Assembly (NCBI GenBank): GCA_964016885.1
Contig: OZ024746.1
Location: 73,160,001-73,224,000 of the forward strand
DNA from: Eledone cirrhosa
Taxonomy: Eukaryota
DNA length: 64,000 bases
Direction of reading: 5' to 3'
Shown here: piece by piece, positions 28,147 to 41,197 of the stretch
How the letters are laid out: each line of letters begins with the position of its first letter
How positions within the stretch are numbered: position 1 is the stretch's first letter
Program-made: the position numbers and the translations under genes
The notes under the pieces: model-generated
Told to the model about the DNA's origin: nothing
What the model saw: only the letters and a program-made list of their open reading frames with translations
The model's database searches: none

Positions 28147-28185
28147 CGAACAGACACACACACACACACACACACAAACACACAC

Positions 28186-28310
28186 GACAGCTGTATAAAA
28201 AAGCGCAGGGCGATCAAAATAGACGGTAGCTACGGAGTAGGCAGACCCAGAAAAACCTGGGACAACTTGATAAATTCCGACCTTACACACTTACACTTCT
28301 CCAAGACATG
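28186..28310 (+). mobile_element. RTE-clade LINE extreme 3' fragment
   Basis: Reads SCIKKRRAIKIDGSYGVGRPRKTWD, with the GRPRKTW terminal motif typical of RTE ORFs. Confidence 0.6.
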
Positions 28311-29269
28311 TCTATGTATCTCTCTTTATATATATATATATATATATATACAGAAATAACAGCACAACGAGTACACTATATGGAAATAATATATTAGTTT
28401 AACGCTTGAAATAGCAGGAATTGACTGAATTCTCTACTCTATACCTCAGGACTTTTTTTGTGACTCACACTGAATTCGAAGACCCGAACTTTACACTAGG
28501 TACCACCTGTTACCATTCCATCTATTCCATCCTCTATATCTATATGTACAACCTGTATTATCTTACTACAACTTGATCTATATTGTATTTCCCCTTTGCT
28601 CTGATTCCTCCAATATGTTCTTATATACTTCCGTCTTACTACATCACAACCCTAGCTATGAAGGCGTTTTATTTATGTATTTTACTTTTTACTTTTATTA
28701 GTTTATTAATGTATTTTTATCAATGTATTTTTTATCTTTGTATTTTATCTTTGTATCCTGCTTTTATTTATTTGTAACTTTCCTTACTGAGGTCATTATA
28801 CACCTTTCATAATTTTTTTATTTTTTTTATTAATTTTTCAAATTATTATTTTTTAATTTAATTTCATCCTATAACTCGTAACATAAGTTTAACGTTCCAA
28901 TTTTCTTTTCACACATTAGACAATACAGACACCCATTATATATGCCTTTGTTAAAATATAGATTCTTTGGAATAACATTTTTCGCGGCGTTTTCTAGCAT
29001 TACTGTAGTGTGACCCTTACGCTGACTTCTTTCTTTTTTCTTCTTTTTTCTTATTTCTTTCTTTCTTTCTTCCCCTTCTTTTATTCTTTGACGGAGAGGT
29101 GGTAGTACATTATAAGCCTTCGCCCCCTCACCAGATGGTCATTAGCAGACTGATAGCCATCACTTTGAGGGCCACTGACCGAGGTGAAAGCAGCTAGCTG
29201 GTCAGTCGTCCTCTCTGTCTCTGATTTTTCGGACCCATGGTTTTTACATATTTCTTTGTTATATTTCGA

Positions 29270-29327
29270 ATACCTGATGATATCACCGGATTCATATGGA
29301 ACCCGGTCATTGAAATGATCATAGTAT
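29270..29327 (+). ncRNA. Type I hammerhead ribozyme
   Basis: ATAC CTGATGA TATCACCGG..CCGGTCATT GAAA TGATCA TA GTAT. Palindromic stem III ATGATCAT; AUA site. Confidence 0.72.
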
Positions 29328-29521
29328 AATAAACGTTTCAAGGATTTACACCAGTCCAGCCTCCTGTTATTTTATTTATAATTAACTCCGTATTCGCACC
29401 ACCAACTACACAAACGAAGACGGGTGAACTGCACTACGTTGAGTACTCTCCACAATATTACACCAAGATTGACCATACGGAATGATCAATACTATCCAGG
29501 GGTGAACCAACAAACCTAAAG

Positions 29522-29659
<138 letters not shown>

Positions 29660-29789
29660 GATAAATCTACCAAGAGTTTACGGTAGTGTCCAATCCGTAT
29701 GAAGAACTCAATGTAATCCGGATATCATGGAAAGAAGAGATGCAATGAAAAATCACTTTCGGTGAAAGATAAACGGAATACAGAGTCAA

Positions 29790-30222
29790 GATAAAATATT
29801 AAAAAAATAATGAATAAAACAATGAAACAGTTCCTTATATTAAACAAAAAAAGTTCATTATTTAACGATCGTTTCTGGGATATATATGTGTTAGAATTGG
29901 CATGTATATTTAACAGATCTATGTACAAAATTATACAAAATTATACAAACTATCAAAATTAAATATACATACCAACTCATATATATGCCGTCTTCAGAGA
30001 TAATTTTTATTATTTCTGAAGACGGCATATATATGAGTTGGTATGTATATTTAATTTTGATAGTTTGTATAATTTTGTATAATTTTGTACATAGATCTGT
30101 TAAATATACATGCCAATTCTAACACATATATATCCCAGAAACGATCGTTAAATAATGAACTTTTTTTGTTTAATATAAGGAACTGTTTCATTGTTTTATT
30201 CATTATTTTTTTAATATTTTAT
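29790..30222. mobile_element. About 430-bp fold-back carrying back-to-back HHRs
   Basis: Arms are reverse-complementary around about 30006. HHRs at 29857-30004 (-) and 30009-30156 (+). Confidence 0.85.
30009..30156 (+). ncRNA. Type I hammerhead ribozyme with about 115-nt stem-loop II
   Basis: ATTATTT CTGAAGA [CGGCATATATATG AGTTGGTATGTATATTTAA..TTAAATATACATGCCAATT..CATATATATCCCA] GAAA CGATCG TT AAATAAT. Confidence 0.72.
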
Positions 30223-30448
30223 ATATATATATATATATATTTCATTTCTGAATTTGTTTAGCAAGATTCCTTATCTGAAAACGTGTGTTGAAACCGATAT
30301 TGTTATGCTTTGGGAGGGTCATGTTGCCAATAAGAAACACACGCACGAGTTGCTTTCATTCAATTTATTATAAATTAAATTTATAAATTTAGGAATTTAT
30401 AAATTTCTGGTTGGTTGGTTCCACAACCAGACGATTGTTCATATATCG

Positions 30449-30489
30449 TCAAAGTTCTTTCGTCACACATTATGTGACCTCTTCAGTGA
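30449..30489 (-). ncRNA. Minimal type I hammerhead ribozyme
   Basis: Minus strand: TCA CTGAAGA G GTCACA TAATG TGTGAC GAAA GAAC TT TGA. Confidence 0.65.
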
Positions 30490-30784
30490 TTGGGGATTCT
30501 TTTCTTTGTTTTTGTGCCTCTCCTTTGTTATGTCCTACGCCATCTTGTTTTTGTTGTGTGCTTAGTTTGCGCATGTGTTACATATATATATACTTACATG
30601 TATATATATATATATACATATATACACACATATATATATAGAGATATATATAGATATGTATATAGATATATACATATATATATATATATAATATATTCTA
30701 GTCGATCGACTTTCGTCAAATCGGACCGAGGAAACTATGTTTCCGTTGGTCTTTCCAATTGCTAATACTATCTATCGGTCGCAA

Positions 30785-30917
30785 CTCCAGGTAGACGGAG
30801 CAACGTGAAATAAAGTGTCTTGCTCAAGGACATAACGCATCTCCTGGTTCAGGAATCGAACTCACAACCTCACGATTGTGAATCCAATACTCTAACCACT
30901 CAGCCACACGCCTTCAC
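30785..30917 (-). mobile_element. tRNA-derived CORE-like SINE head (family S2)
   Basis: Minus strand: A-box TGGCTGAGTGG, B-box GAGTTCGATTCC, then GTCCTTGAGCAAGACACTT. Related copies at 8588-8658 and 35000-35210. Confidence 0.8.
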
Positions 30918-30920
30918 TAT

Positions 30921-31003
<83 letters not shown>

Positions 31004-31119
31004 TATATATATATATATAATATATATATATTATATATATATTAGGAAGTGAGGTTTCTTTGGGTTTTTTTTTAACAAAATGAAAAATAACCGAGGTGTC
31101 CAACACGAGTGAAAGTATA

Positions 31120-31450
31120 AAGAAAAAAATATGAAATCGAAAATGCAACTGGAGTCTTATTTAAAAATATATATATATATTTATTTGGTTCCTTTACCGG
31201 TTTCGCAGTTCTTCTGCTTTTCAAAAGTAGAGTTGAGATGGAGGGTCTGTGGTTTTTCTCACTGTGAGAAAAACCACAGACCCTCCATCTCAACTCTACT
31301 TTTGAAAAGCAGAAGAACTGCGAAACCGGTAAAGGAACCAAATAAATATCTCTTTTACTCTTTTACCTGTTTCAGCCATCCGGCTGAGGCCATGCTGGAT
31401 TTTTTTAAAAATAAGACTCTAGTTGCATTTTCGATTTCATCTTTTTTTCT
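31120..31450. mobile_element. Fold-back centred at about 31263 with an HHR 3' half in each arm
   Basis: Perfect arms 31178-31261 and 31265-31348, with diverged outer arms. GCGAAACCGGTA-AAGG at about 31320 has palindromic stem III ACCGGT and a GUA site. Confidence 0.75.
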
Positions 31451-31633
31451 TTATATATATATATATATATTATTATTATGTAATAAACAACATAAGGCAA
31501 TTATTCCATTTACCAGTGGTTTCTTAAAAGCATACATAGAGCATACATAGAGCACTCTTTTTTCCTGGACTTTTCCGATGGAATTACTTCATTTACACAT
31601 ATATATATATATATAAATATATATATATATTTT

Positions 31634-31703
<70 letters not shown>

Positions 31704-31839
31704 GTATCCACTGTAAGTTGCGGGATCTATTCTGCATGAAGAACTCAATGTAATCCAAATGTTGAAAATGTTGTAGGTTAAGATAAATCTCAGAAAACAA
31801 TAAAACATTAAAAGGAAAACAGTCATGATATAAGTTAAA

Positions 31840-32060
31840 ACAATGAAATAAAAAGTGAAATAAAAAAAATGAAATAAAAAATGAAATAAAAAATAAAAAA
31901 CGAAATAAAAAATGAAATTAAAAAAAAAATGAAATAAAAAATGAAATAAAAAAAATGAAATAAAAAATAATGAAATAAAAAATAATGAAATAAAAAATGA
32001 AATAAAAAATGAAAAAAAAAATGAAAAAAAAAATGAAAAAAAAAATGAAAAAAAAAAAAT
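31840..32060. repeat. About 12-13 bp A-rich minisatellite (AAAAAATGAAAT)n
   Basis: Direct reading. Confidence 0.85.
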
Positions 32061-32353
32061 ATATATATATATACATGATGGCTGTCCCCTCCTTATCGAG
32101 TATGGCCAGTGCACGATATGCCATTATTAATAATTATTAATTAATTCTATCGTGCAGTGCCTGTGCGTGAAGATATTTTTTAAAGTGAGGAAAGACTGTG
32201 CACTGAGCCAATCCCACTCCCTGAGCAACAGTAGCTATAACCCGAAAAGAAGAAAAGATCAACATAATCGGAGTTATCCCAGTTTCCTAAGTTGCCTTCT
32301 CCTAGAAGAATACCCTGACAAAGGCCAGGGGTCCTTCACTCCCAGTGGTTTAA

Positions 32354-32574
32354 CCCTTTAGCATTCACATGACTATATATATACTATTGTATTTTCACAG
32401 AAAAGGCTTTACCTCACATAATTATTTCACATAATATCGAATCTATGAGATTTTTATATTATTTAATTTGAGAACAATACCCTAACATAAGTATGAGCAG
32501 CTGGTTATAGCCAGTTTGAACAAAAAGAGGTGAGAAAATTCTGGTCGGATATGGCCTGTTTGAATGCTAAAGGG
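32354..32574. mobile_element. piggyBac-type MITE
   Basis: TTAA|CCCTTTAGCATTCA...TGAATGCTAAAGGG|TTAA, a perfect 14-bp TIR. Truncated copy at 49116-49235. Confidence 0.85.
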
Positions 32575-32829
32575 TTAACCGTGCGGTACATGTGTATATA
32601 CGTATTTACACACTTTTGGATGGCCGTTGACTCTTATCAGTTCTTCTGCCCTTTGTCAGGTTTTGTTTTTTGTCCTGCAGGGTGTCCAAAATCATCCTCC
32701 TCACCAAGTAAACTTGGTGGGTGTTGCCGGTTTAGTCGCTGACGACCCGACCATGCGACAGGTTGTACATGTTACCAGTAGCACTCAAGAATGATCCGAT
32801 ATACATACATACATATATACATACATATA

Positions 32830-33437
32830 TGGTGGCTGCCAACTCGTTTTCGAGTATGGCCACTACTTTATATCCATGTAGGAGAACCCCTACCGATGCG
32901 CTGAACAAGTGTGACTTTTTAGTCCAGCCAGCGACTTGAAAACTCTGGTACAAACACTACACTTGTGACAATTATTGACACATAGCGCTGGGCCCATGGT
33001 ACCATGTGACGACAAGTGCAGAGAGATCTCCAGATATAAAGCAATGCCTGTGCTGTGAAGCTTTTATAGTGAACAAAGGCACCGCACAAAGTCAGTTCCA
33101 CTCTCTTAACCAAGATGATATTTACCAAAAAGAAGAACAAGTCAACATCATTGGATACCATCAGGGTTGCAGGTGTTATATCAGATTTTCCTTCTCCTAG
33201 AATTCTGCCTTGACAAAGGCTAAGGGGTCATCTCTCCCGGTGATTTTGGATGGCCATTGACTCTTAAGAGCTCCTTTGCCCTTTGACAGGTTTTGTTTTT
33301 AGTCCTGCAGGATGTCCAAAGTCACCCTCCTCACCAAGAAACCTTGGTGGGGTTGCCAGTTTAGTCGCCAACGACCCCACCATGGGACAAGTTGTACTGG
33401 GATACATGTTACCAGTAGCACCAACTGGTGACCTGAC
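32830..33437 (-). mobile_element. About 610-bp non-coding RTE-like element, apparently full length
   Basis: 5' region contains CATGG..GTCG....CGACTAA, resembling RTE 5' UTRs. (CATA)-type repeats lie at both ends. Partial or related copies at 32072-32345, 32612-32790 and 16357-16960. Confidence 0.65.
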
Positions 33438-34049
33438 ATACATATATACATACATATATACATATATATATACATACATGTATATATACATATATATATG
33501 TGTGTGTGTGTGTGTGTATGTGTGTGTGTGTGTGTGTGTGTTGTGTGCATGTGAACGCATACCTTTATTCAAATTCACACAGCCTCATCAAATTTTATTA
33601 TTTTAATGTTGTCTGTATTGTTGATATTCTCGGTTAGGACTCAAACATTTGGCTGTTATAATATTATAATTTGCTTTATCATGTTAACATTTATATTTAA
33701 ACAACACTTCCACATGTTTAATATCGGTGTCTTATTCTTGCATGGCAACAGACTGGTTAATTTTGATCGCTAACTGAACAAATACCTGCTTTCTCTTCAA
33801 AATGTTATTTCCGTTCTTCCCTCTTTTAACTCTCGTCTATCTTTCTATTTTATCTCTCATTCTATCTTCTATCAAGCGTTGTCCTAATATATATCTTCAT
33901 CGTGTGATGTCTATCCGTTGACGTTTCACACACACCCGCGCGCACACACACACATACATATATATATTTCTATAATAAAATAAATATATCTATACTCTAC
34001 TAACGTATTGAGTATCTCCCGATTTACATCGGGATCCTTACACACACAT

Positions 34050-34086
<37 letters not shown>

Positions 34087-34097
34087 CACACACACAC

Positions 34098-34190
<93 letters not shown>

Positions 34191-34194
34191 AGTG

Positions 34195-34225
<31 letters not shown>

Positions 34226-34374
34226 CAGTGAGCGTGCGTGTGGTTAGGATTAATTTTGGGAAATCTGGTACAATGCAAATAGGAAACAACGGTGAAACTA
34301 AAGTAGAGTAAAGAAGGACAAATCAAAACAATTATTATAATACCCAGTCGGTTCCACGTAACGAAAATCTGTTA

Positions 34375-34660
34375 TTCATAATTAAATTAAACCTGCTGAT
34401 AAGAATAGCTTCTTTGATCCGTAAATTTCCTATGTTCCTCTCGATATCTTCTATAGTAATCGCAGGTGCAGCATTTTTGCAAGTGTATGTCTAATTTCCG
34501 GACAGAGCTTTCGGGATATGCGTCACCACATTTGTTGTAGGTAATCTTCTACACAGCATATGCTTTCAGGCACATGCCCTCATTGATGGGATTAGTAAAG
34601 AGTGTGCATACATGATTGGTATGTGTAGACAATTGTCTCCTTAGTGATGGCCCTGAGTGC
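34375..34660 (-). pseudogene. Decayed GIY-YIG endonuclease of a Penelope-like element
   Basis: Manual translation gives CLKAYAV*KITYNKCGDAYPESSVRKLDIHL and NLRIKEAILISRFN, resembling the VYKITC..C...YIG.T.R.L and L.IKEAI.I motifs. Confidence 0.65.
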
Positions 34661-35979
34661 ACCTGTTACATATTCAACCACTCCCTACGGATCATTTGAT
34701 GAAAGGAAACGGCGGTCCTCTCGTTGAAGTGCGGTAGCTTTAGATAGCATATGTCATCTCTTGGGATGTATGCCTTCCTTGAAATCGTGACATGAGGTGA
34801 GATATGCTGTATAGCCGTTTTAAACGTAACTCTTTGCTACTTTTTGTGCTTGTGTTTTTTTGTCCTTAATCTTGCTGCCTCTGTTAAATATCCGAGAGAT
34901 CTCGTTCCGCCCTTGGTGAATCATGGTGCACGAATCATGGTGCAAGAATCATGGTGCACGAATAGATCAGTTTCGTGTGTATAGATCACTTCTCTCTGAT
35001 TTTGAGTTCGATTCCCAGACTAGGCACCGCGTTATGTTCTTGAACAAGACGCATTATTTTGCGTTGCTCCAGTTCACTCAGCTAGCTAAAATATGTCACA
35101 CCGAATCTTCTTGAGAACTACGTTAATAGTAGACTTGTTTGTGGAATGTTCAACCACCACTTACACGTTAATTTCATGAGCAGGCAGTTCCTTTGATCAA
35201 CTGGAGTACTTATTCAGAAACGACTGAGATCCAACAATAACAACAATAACATATAGAATATTGGTACGTCTTTGTAAATTTGTAAAATTCTGTAAAAATA
35301 TACAAACAATTTTGTCAAAAGCATCTCGTCAGTCACATGTACTTGAAACTTTCAAAAATGAAAGTATCAGCTAATTGAAAATTTGATTATTACAATACGT
35401 TATCTCACACTGTTTATCTTTGCCATCTTGTACTTCATCGATGCCAACTGAACAGAAACATTGGTATATTCACTAATTAAAGCCAAACCAAAATGTTTCC
35501 ATTGGCAATAAAATAAATAGTTTAATTGTTTTCATTATATTGTCGTTTCGTTTCTTTGAAGAAGAAAAAAAAAGATAAGGTATTGACAATTGTTATTTTG
35601 AAATCATCTTATTATATGAAATTTTTTTGTCTCTTCGCTAACAAGGAAACAATAAAGAAGAAAAATTAAAGTGTAATACTTCTCATTAGATGAGCAATTT
35701 TATAGAAGATAATTTTGAAAACATTAAGCTAATTTTCCATGCTACCCATTGGAATCAAATAAGATGTGATTGTTTTGTAATAGTTTCTAAGTGAATGACG
35801 TTCAGTCAATTAAGGAGGGAGAAAAAGTTTTAATCTAAAGAAACTGAAGAAAATTGGAATGAATTGGGTTGGGGTGCAGCAAAGATATATAATTGTTTCG
35901 AATTAAAAAGATAATGTTGGAGAAATAATACCCACCCACACACGCGCATATCTATCTATCTATCTATATATCTATCTAG

Positions 35980-36210
35980 TATACCATCCTGTAGGTAAAG
36001 AAGTAAAGGAGAGGGAGCACCTTCTCCATGTGCTCCCCGGGCAAAGGATTGCACACTTTTTCGGGAGTGTGTGCAACCCCCATCACGCCCCCTCCCTTTT
36101 GAGGTTGTTTTCGATTATTTTCATTTTATACCCTTTTTACTCGATTGTATGTAAACTCCCCCTTTGTATTTGTCCCTTCTTTTTATGCCTTTATGGTAAA
36201 TAAAGAAATA
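35980..36210 (+). mobile_element. 3' UTR of another Tx1-like LINE flanked by (TATC)n
   Basis: GAGAGGGAGCAC.. start and ..TGGTAAATAAAGAAAT end parallel the 3' UTR at 44420-44650. Confidence 0.55.
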
Positions 36211-36454
36211 TATCTATATATCTATCTATCTATCTATGTATCTATATATGTATCTATCTCTCTCTCTATATATATACATAAAAGCATACATATATACATA
36301 TTATATGCGTGTTATTAGAGTGTAGGTGTTTTCGTTTTATTAGCAAGGGAGCGTGGGCGTCAGAGTTGATATATATGGTTTAAATTTAATTTGTCGGAAT
36401 AATGAATAATATATGTGTATCCATGCGTTTGTGTCTATTGTACATGTAATTATA

Positions 36455-36504
<50 letters not shown>

Positions 36505-36568
36505 TGTTATTAGAGTGAATATATATATAGAGAGAGATATGTGTGTGTGGGGGGGTGCGCGCGTGCGT

Positions 36569-36631
<63 letters not shown>

Positions 36632-37011
36632 TATGAGGCATATATATGGTTAAGCAAAATTATGGCAATTGTTTTTAATACGGCTTTTAACACAGTAAAT
36701 AACCATTCAGTTAAATGCATTTTATTGAAATACACCTATAACAACGGTACTTAATATAATATTTCGATAAGTGTTCATTTAATCAAACGTTTTTATGTTA
36801 ATGCACTAAAATAGACGTCCCTATAGAAAATTATTGTTGTGATTGATGTAGTTAGTATTGTTATTAGTATTATTTTGCGATTGTTGTTGTTGTCATTGTT
36901 ATTGTTGTTTTTGTTGTGGTGTAGTCATCTGATCAGTCCTGATAGAACAAATATTTTACCAAAAACATTCCGGTCATGGTCATGAGAACTTTTAAGAGTA
37001 ATGGCTCTGTA

Positions 37012-37536
37012 CAGGGTGAGCCAGAATTCATGACTTGCTTGTTAGTTATATTTCTTAACATGCTTGTTTTATTGTTATTGTATTGTTTTAATTTATATTT
37101 TTATTTCTTAATATGCCTCACAGGTTTTTTATTTATATTTTCTAAATTTGATTAACCATGGCACATCCTTTGCTAAGCTTGGAAAAACGAGTTCATTGTT
37201 CTATCGTCACAAGATTAACAGTCCTGAACATCTTAAACAAGTTATTATCCAAGAATGTAAAGCAATGCAGGTAGACATGTGTCGTAAAGCATGTCAACAT
37301 GTTTCAATAAGGTTGCAAGTCTGTGTTGCAACTGAAGGAGGCCAGGTTGACCACGAAATGGAAAACCGATTTAACTAAGCAGTGCATTAATTAAATGTGT
37401 ACATTTGTCTGCTTACCGTATCTTGTTCATGATCTTATGCCTGTATATGGTATTATATTCCTTAACTTGTTTTATAACATTTTGTGTTAATAGATCTATA
37501 AATAATCAAGTGAGTCATAAATTCTGGCCCACCCTG
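37012..37536 (+). mobile_element. Internally deleted Tc1/mariner-superfamily transposon
   Basis: TA|CAGGGTGAGCCAGAATTCATGACT...AGTCATAAATTCTGGCCCACCCTG|TA. Internal ORF 37148-37378 (..EHLKQVI..RLQVCVATEGGQVDH) resembles a transposase C-terminus. Confidence 0.85.
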
Positions 37537-38659
37537 TAGATCTATATCATCTAATTTATCCATTCCTTTTTTAAGATAACACGGTGGGATTTCAGGGACA
37601 TGAACGCTGATTAATAAACTTAATTGACAATGAGCAAATATATTGTGCTGTTAATTGCACTTTTCATAGATATTTCCAAGGGACCCCTCCTCACTATTTC
37701 TCACCCACTCAGTCTGTCTATCTGTCTATATGTCTATGTATATTTTCATATACTAATGTTTTTAATAAGACACCGCTTTAAACGATGACTGCTGCCGAAT
37801 AACGCTGTCAAAAGTTATGTTGTTAAAATAATGTAATGTTTTTCCTTTTTAAAAAACGGTTGGACCATAAATTGATTGTATTTACTAAGTGAAAAAATAT
37901 ATTTGTGCTGATATATGTAAACTATATTACAGCTTAGAGGACTTCTGAATTACATTAGACCTTTTATGCTTTAATCTGATTGCATGATACTTAGAAAAAG
38001 AACTAACGTTTTTCTGCCCCCCATCTAATCAACATATGTGTTTTTTAAAAGACTTTTTAAAATCTATGATTTACTGACCATGACTTGGTATTTATTTGGG
38101 GGGTAGGGGAGGGGGGCATGCATTCTCCAGGTCTTGTATTGATTTCCTGGGAAGATTTTAAATTCACTCAATTGAAACAGTTTTATTGATTTGATACATT
38201 AATTAATTAATCTACGAATTATTATTTCTATATTTTCGCAGTTGTATTGCTTTAAAATTGAAAATGAACGAATAAAATGATTTGAAGTATTAACTTTGGT
38301 TTTCCACTTTAATTAATATATACTTTTGATTTAATACTTATCTTATAAGCGAAATTGAGACTGAATAACGAACGGTCTCAATTTTTGTTTTGTTTTTTTT
38401 GACCAATCTAATTATCTATATTTTAAATAATTTATGAAACGTTTAAACCAACTGTAATGTTTTCTCCCAGCCACGCAACCCCCTATGTGTTGATTTTTTC
38501 TAGTCATATGCTTGGTGGTCACCGATCTGTTCAATTCGTTTGTCTACCAGCATATCAGGAAAAAGATTATACATTTTTCTATTTATTTTATCTGAGGAGG
38601 ACATGCTTTGCTTTATGTTATTCATAAAACTTCGAAATATATATAATGAAATAAATACA

Positions 38660-40284
38660 CATGATATAAAGTATATATCTTTAACTGGAAAGTTTGTTGA
38701 AATGAATATCAAGCCGCTATTTGCAGCCTCAGATATTCAGGACGTATCGGAGGGTTCTTGCTGTTCCCAGCAAGCATGCCTTTTGAAGTGTTCCAAAAAG
38801 CGGGGCTGGACTAATCTTCTTTAACCATCCTTGGAAACTCTGCGCCTAGGACAATCGGTACGACCTTGATTTCACGGCAGTTCCAAATCCTTTTTAACTC
38901 CCACTTTAAGTCCTGGTATCGGTTAATTTTCTCCCTCTCCTTTTCTTGCACTCTCGTGTCAAATGGGCAGGCTACATCTACAATCAGGCACGATCTTTTT
39001 TCCTTGTCCAAAACCACCAGGTCAGGGCTATTGTGTTCTAATTTCTTGTCCGTCTGTATCCTAAAATCCCATAGAACCTTCACCTGATCATTTTCTATCA
39101 ACGACTCTGGCTTATGCTCATACCACTTCTCAGAATGTGGTAGATTATTTACTTTTCATAGATGCCAGTGGATCACCCTGCCTATCACATCATGTCTCCA
39201 GCCTTTATAGTGAGTCTGGGCTAGATGTTTACACTCGGTTACAATATGAGCCACAGTCTCCTCTCTCTCTCCACAGATCCTACACAGAGAGCTAGCCTCC
39301 TCCTTGTAAATATGGTGTTTCATCCACATCGTTCTGACGGCCTGCTCTTGCGCAGCCATTAGCATTCTTTCTGTAGCTTTTTTAAGGTCTCCTCTTTTTA
39401 ACCAGTTCCATGTCTGTGGATCTCTTAATTCAGTTTTCTTAAAGAAGGTGCTATGAAGGGATTTTTCATGAAGGTTGGTCTTTCTCCTTGATGTTATTTC
39501 CTCCTTGGACATCCCCTGGTCTTCTCCTTCGGTACAATTTTGAGCATTGGCTCCTTACTGTCAGTCACATATTTGTGCAGGTTGTTTTTCTCCATCTGAA
39601 CACAGTCCTCTGTGCTGATAAGACCTCTTCCACCTTCAGATCTCTTTAAGTAGAGTCTATTGACATCACTCCTCTTGAGGAACATGTCGTAGATAGTCAA
39701 TAGCTTCCTAGTCTTCTTATCCATTTCTTTTTGTTCAGCAACATTCCATTTCAGAATTCCCGCACTGTACCTAATAATAGACACAGCTCGGTAATTCACT
39801 GCACTTATGACATTCCTGCTATTTAGAGGTGATTTTAATACGCTCCTTACTCTCCTTATGTACTCAGATCTTATCAATTCCTTCATTTTGTTGTTCTTGA
39901 TGTCATCTGCCTCCAGAACACCTAAATATATAGCTTTTTTAAGGTCTCCTCTTTTTAACCAGTTCCATGTCTGTGGATCTCTGAATTCTGTTTTCTCAAA
40001 GAAGGTACTATGAAGGGATTTTTCATGAAGGCTGCTCTTTCTCCTTGTTGTTATTTCCTCCCTGGACATCCCCTGGTCTATTGTCCTCTCCTTCAGTACA
40101 ATTCTGAGCATTGGCTCCCTACTGTCAGTAACATATTTGTGTAGGTTGTTTTTCTCAATCTGAACACGTCCTCTATGCTGATAAGACCTCTTCCACCTTC
40201 AGATCTCCTTAAGTAGAGTCTATCGACATCACTCCTCTTGTGGAACATGTTGTAGATAGTCAATAGCTTCCTAGTCTTCCTATC

Positions 40285-40287
<3 letters not shown>
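38660..40287 (-). mobile_element. R4/Dong-like RLE LINE, 5'-truncated, with an internal tandem duplication
   Basis: YLGV (RT end), RLYLKRSEGGRGL, AAQEQA, CRICGEREETVAHIVTEC, RHD, PDLVV..IVDVACP. Closely similar to 3300-4220. Segment 39930-40287 repeats part of 39375-39725. Confidence 0.9.
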
Positions 40288-40339
<52 letters not shown>

Positions 40340-41197
40340 GGCGACCTACGTAGTAAATCGTATCATCGTGAGCTCCGCAAAGGTTTGTTATTTTCAGTTG
40401 TTTAAAATTGCCATTCATGGAAAAATTTTATTGTTAACTGTATATAAGTGCACATACATTGATTTCTGAAAAGGACACTCAAAAATATTGGGGCCTTCAG
40501 CCCAAAATTTAAACTTTTTATAATTATCAAACAAAAATTTTTCTTTGAAAAATAATGGATGATTCAGAGTCACTCCTTCATCACAATCTAACACCTCACA
40601 CCGACACCTCCATTGTAAATATTGCTACGTTTGCCAACACTGGAAATTTAAGCAGTAGCAATATTTTAAATTTGTCTCAGGCAGACGTTCATTTCCCGCC
40701 ATTACCAATGACTGCAGGTGTTAAAGCCGCCACCACCACCACCACCGCAACAACCACCACCCCCACTACCACCACAGCGACAACAGAAACAAAAGAAAAA
40801 AATAAATTAACTCGTGATATCGAAATGAATTCAACCAAAATGAACTCTTCCACACCGAACACCAGTGACACCACCACCACCACAACTGAAACTAAAATTA
40901 ACAATAGCAAAAATAACGATAACAACAACAGCAACAATGAAATTAAGAAAACTACCCTGAGTTTTGCCAGAGTAGCAAAAACGTGCGAAGCGATCCAGGT
41001 AACTCAGGAGGAATTAGAAGAAGCCAAAGGAATGGTAAAGAAAGATGGGTACAGGGTCAGCCCCCCCCCCCCCACACACACACACACGCCTAATAAAATA
41101 GAGCAACGTCGCCTATGCACCGTGTCTTATCGGACAATTAACATAAAATCGCGCCGAGTGGAACGAGCATCCGAGCGAGTCCCAAATTCAAAAAGCT

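Noticed and set aside
30840-30917. tRNA gene
   Set aside because: A and B boxes are present but there is no full cloverleaf, and it continues into a SINE body.
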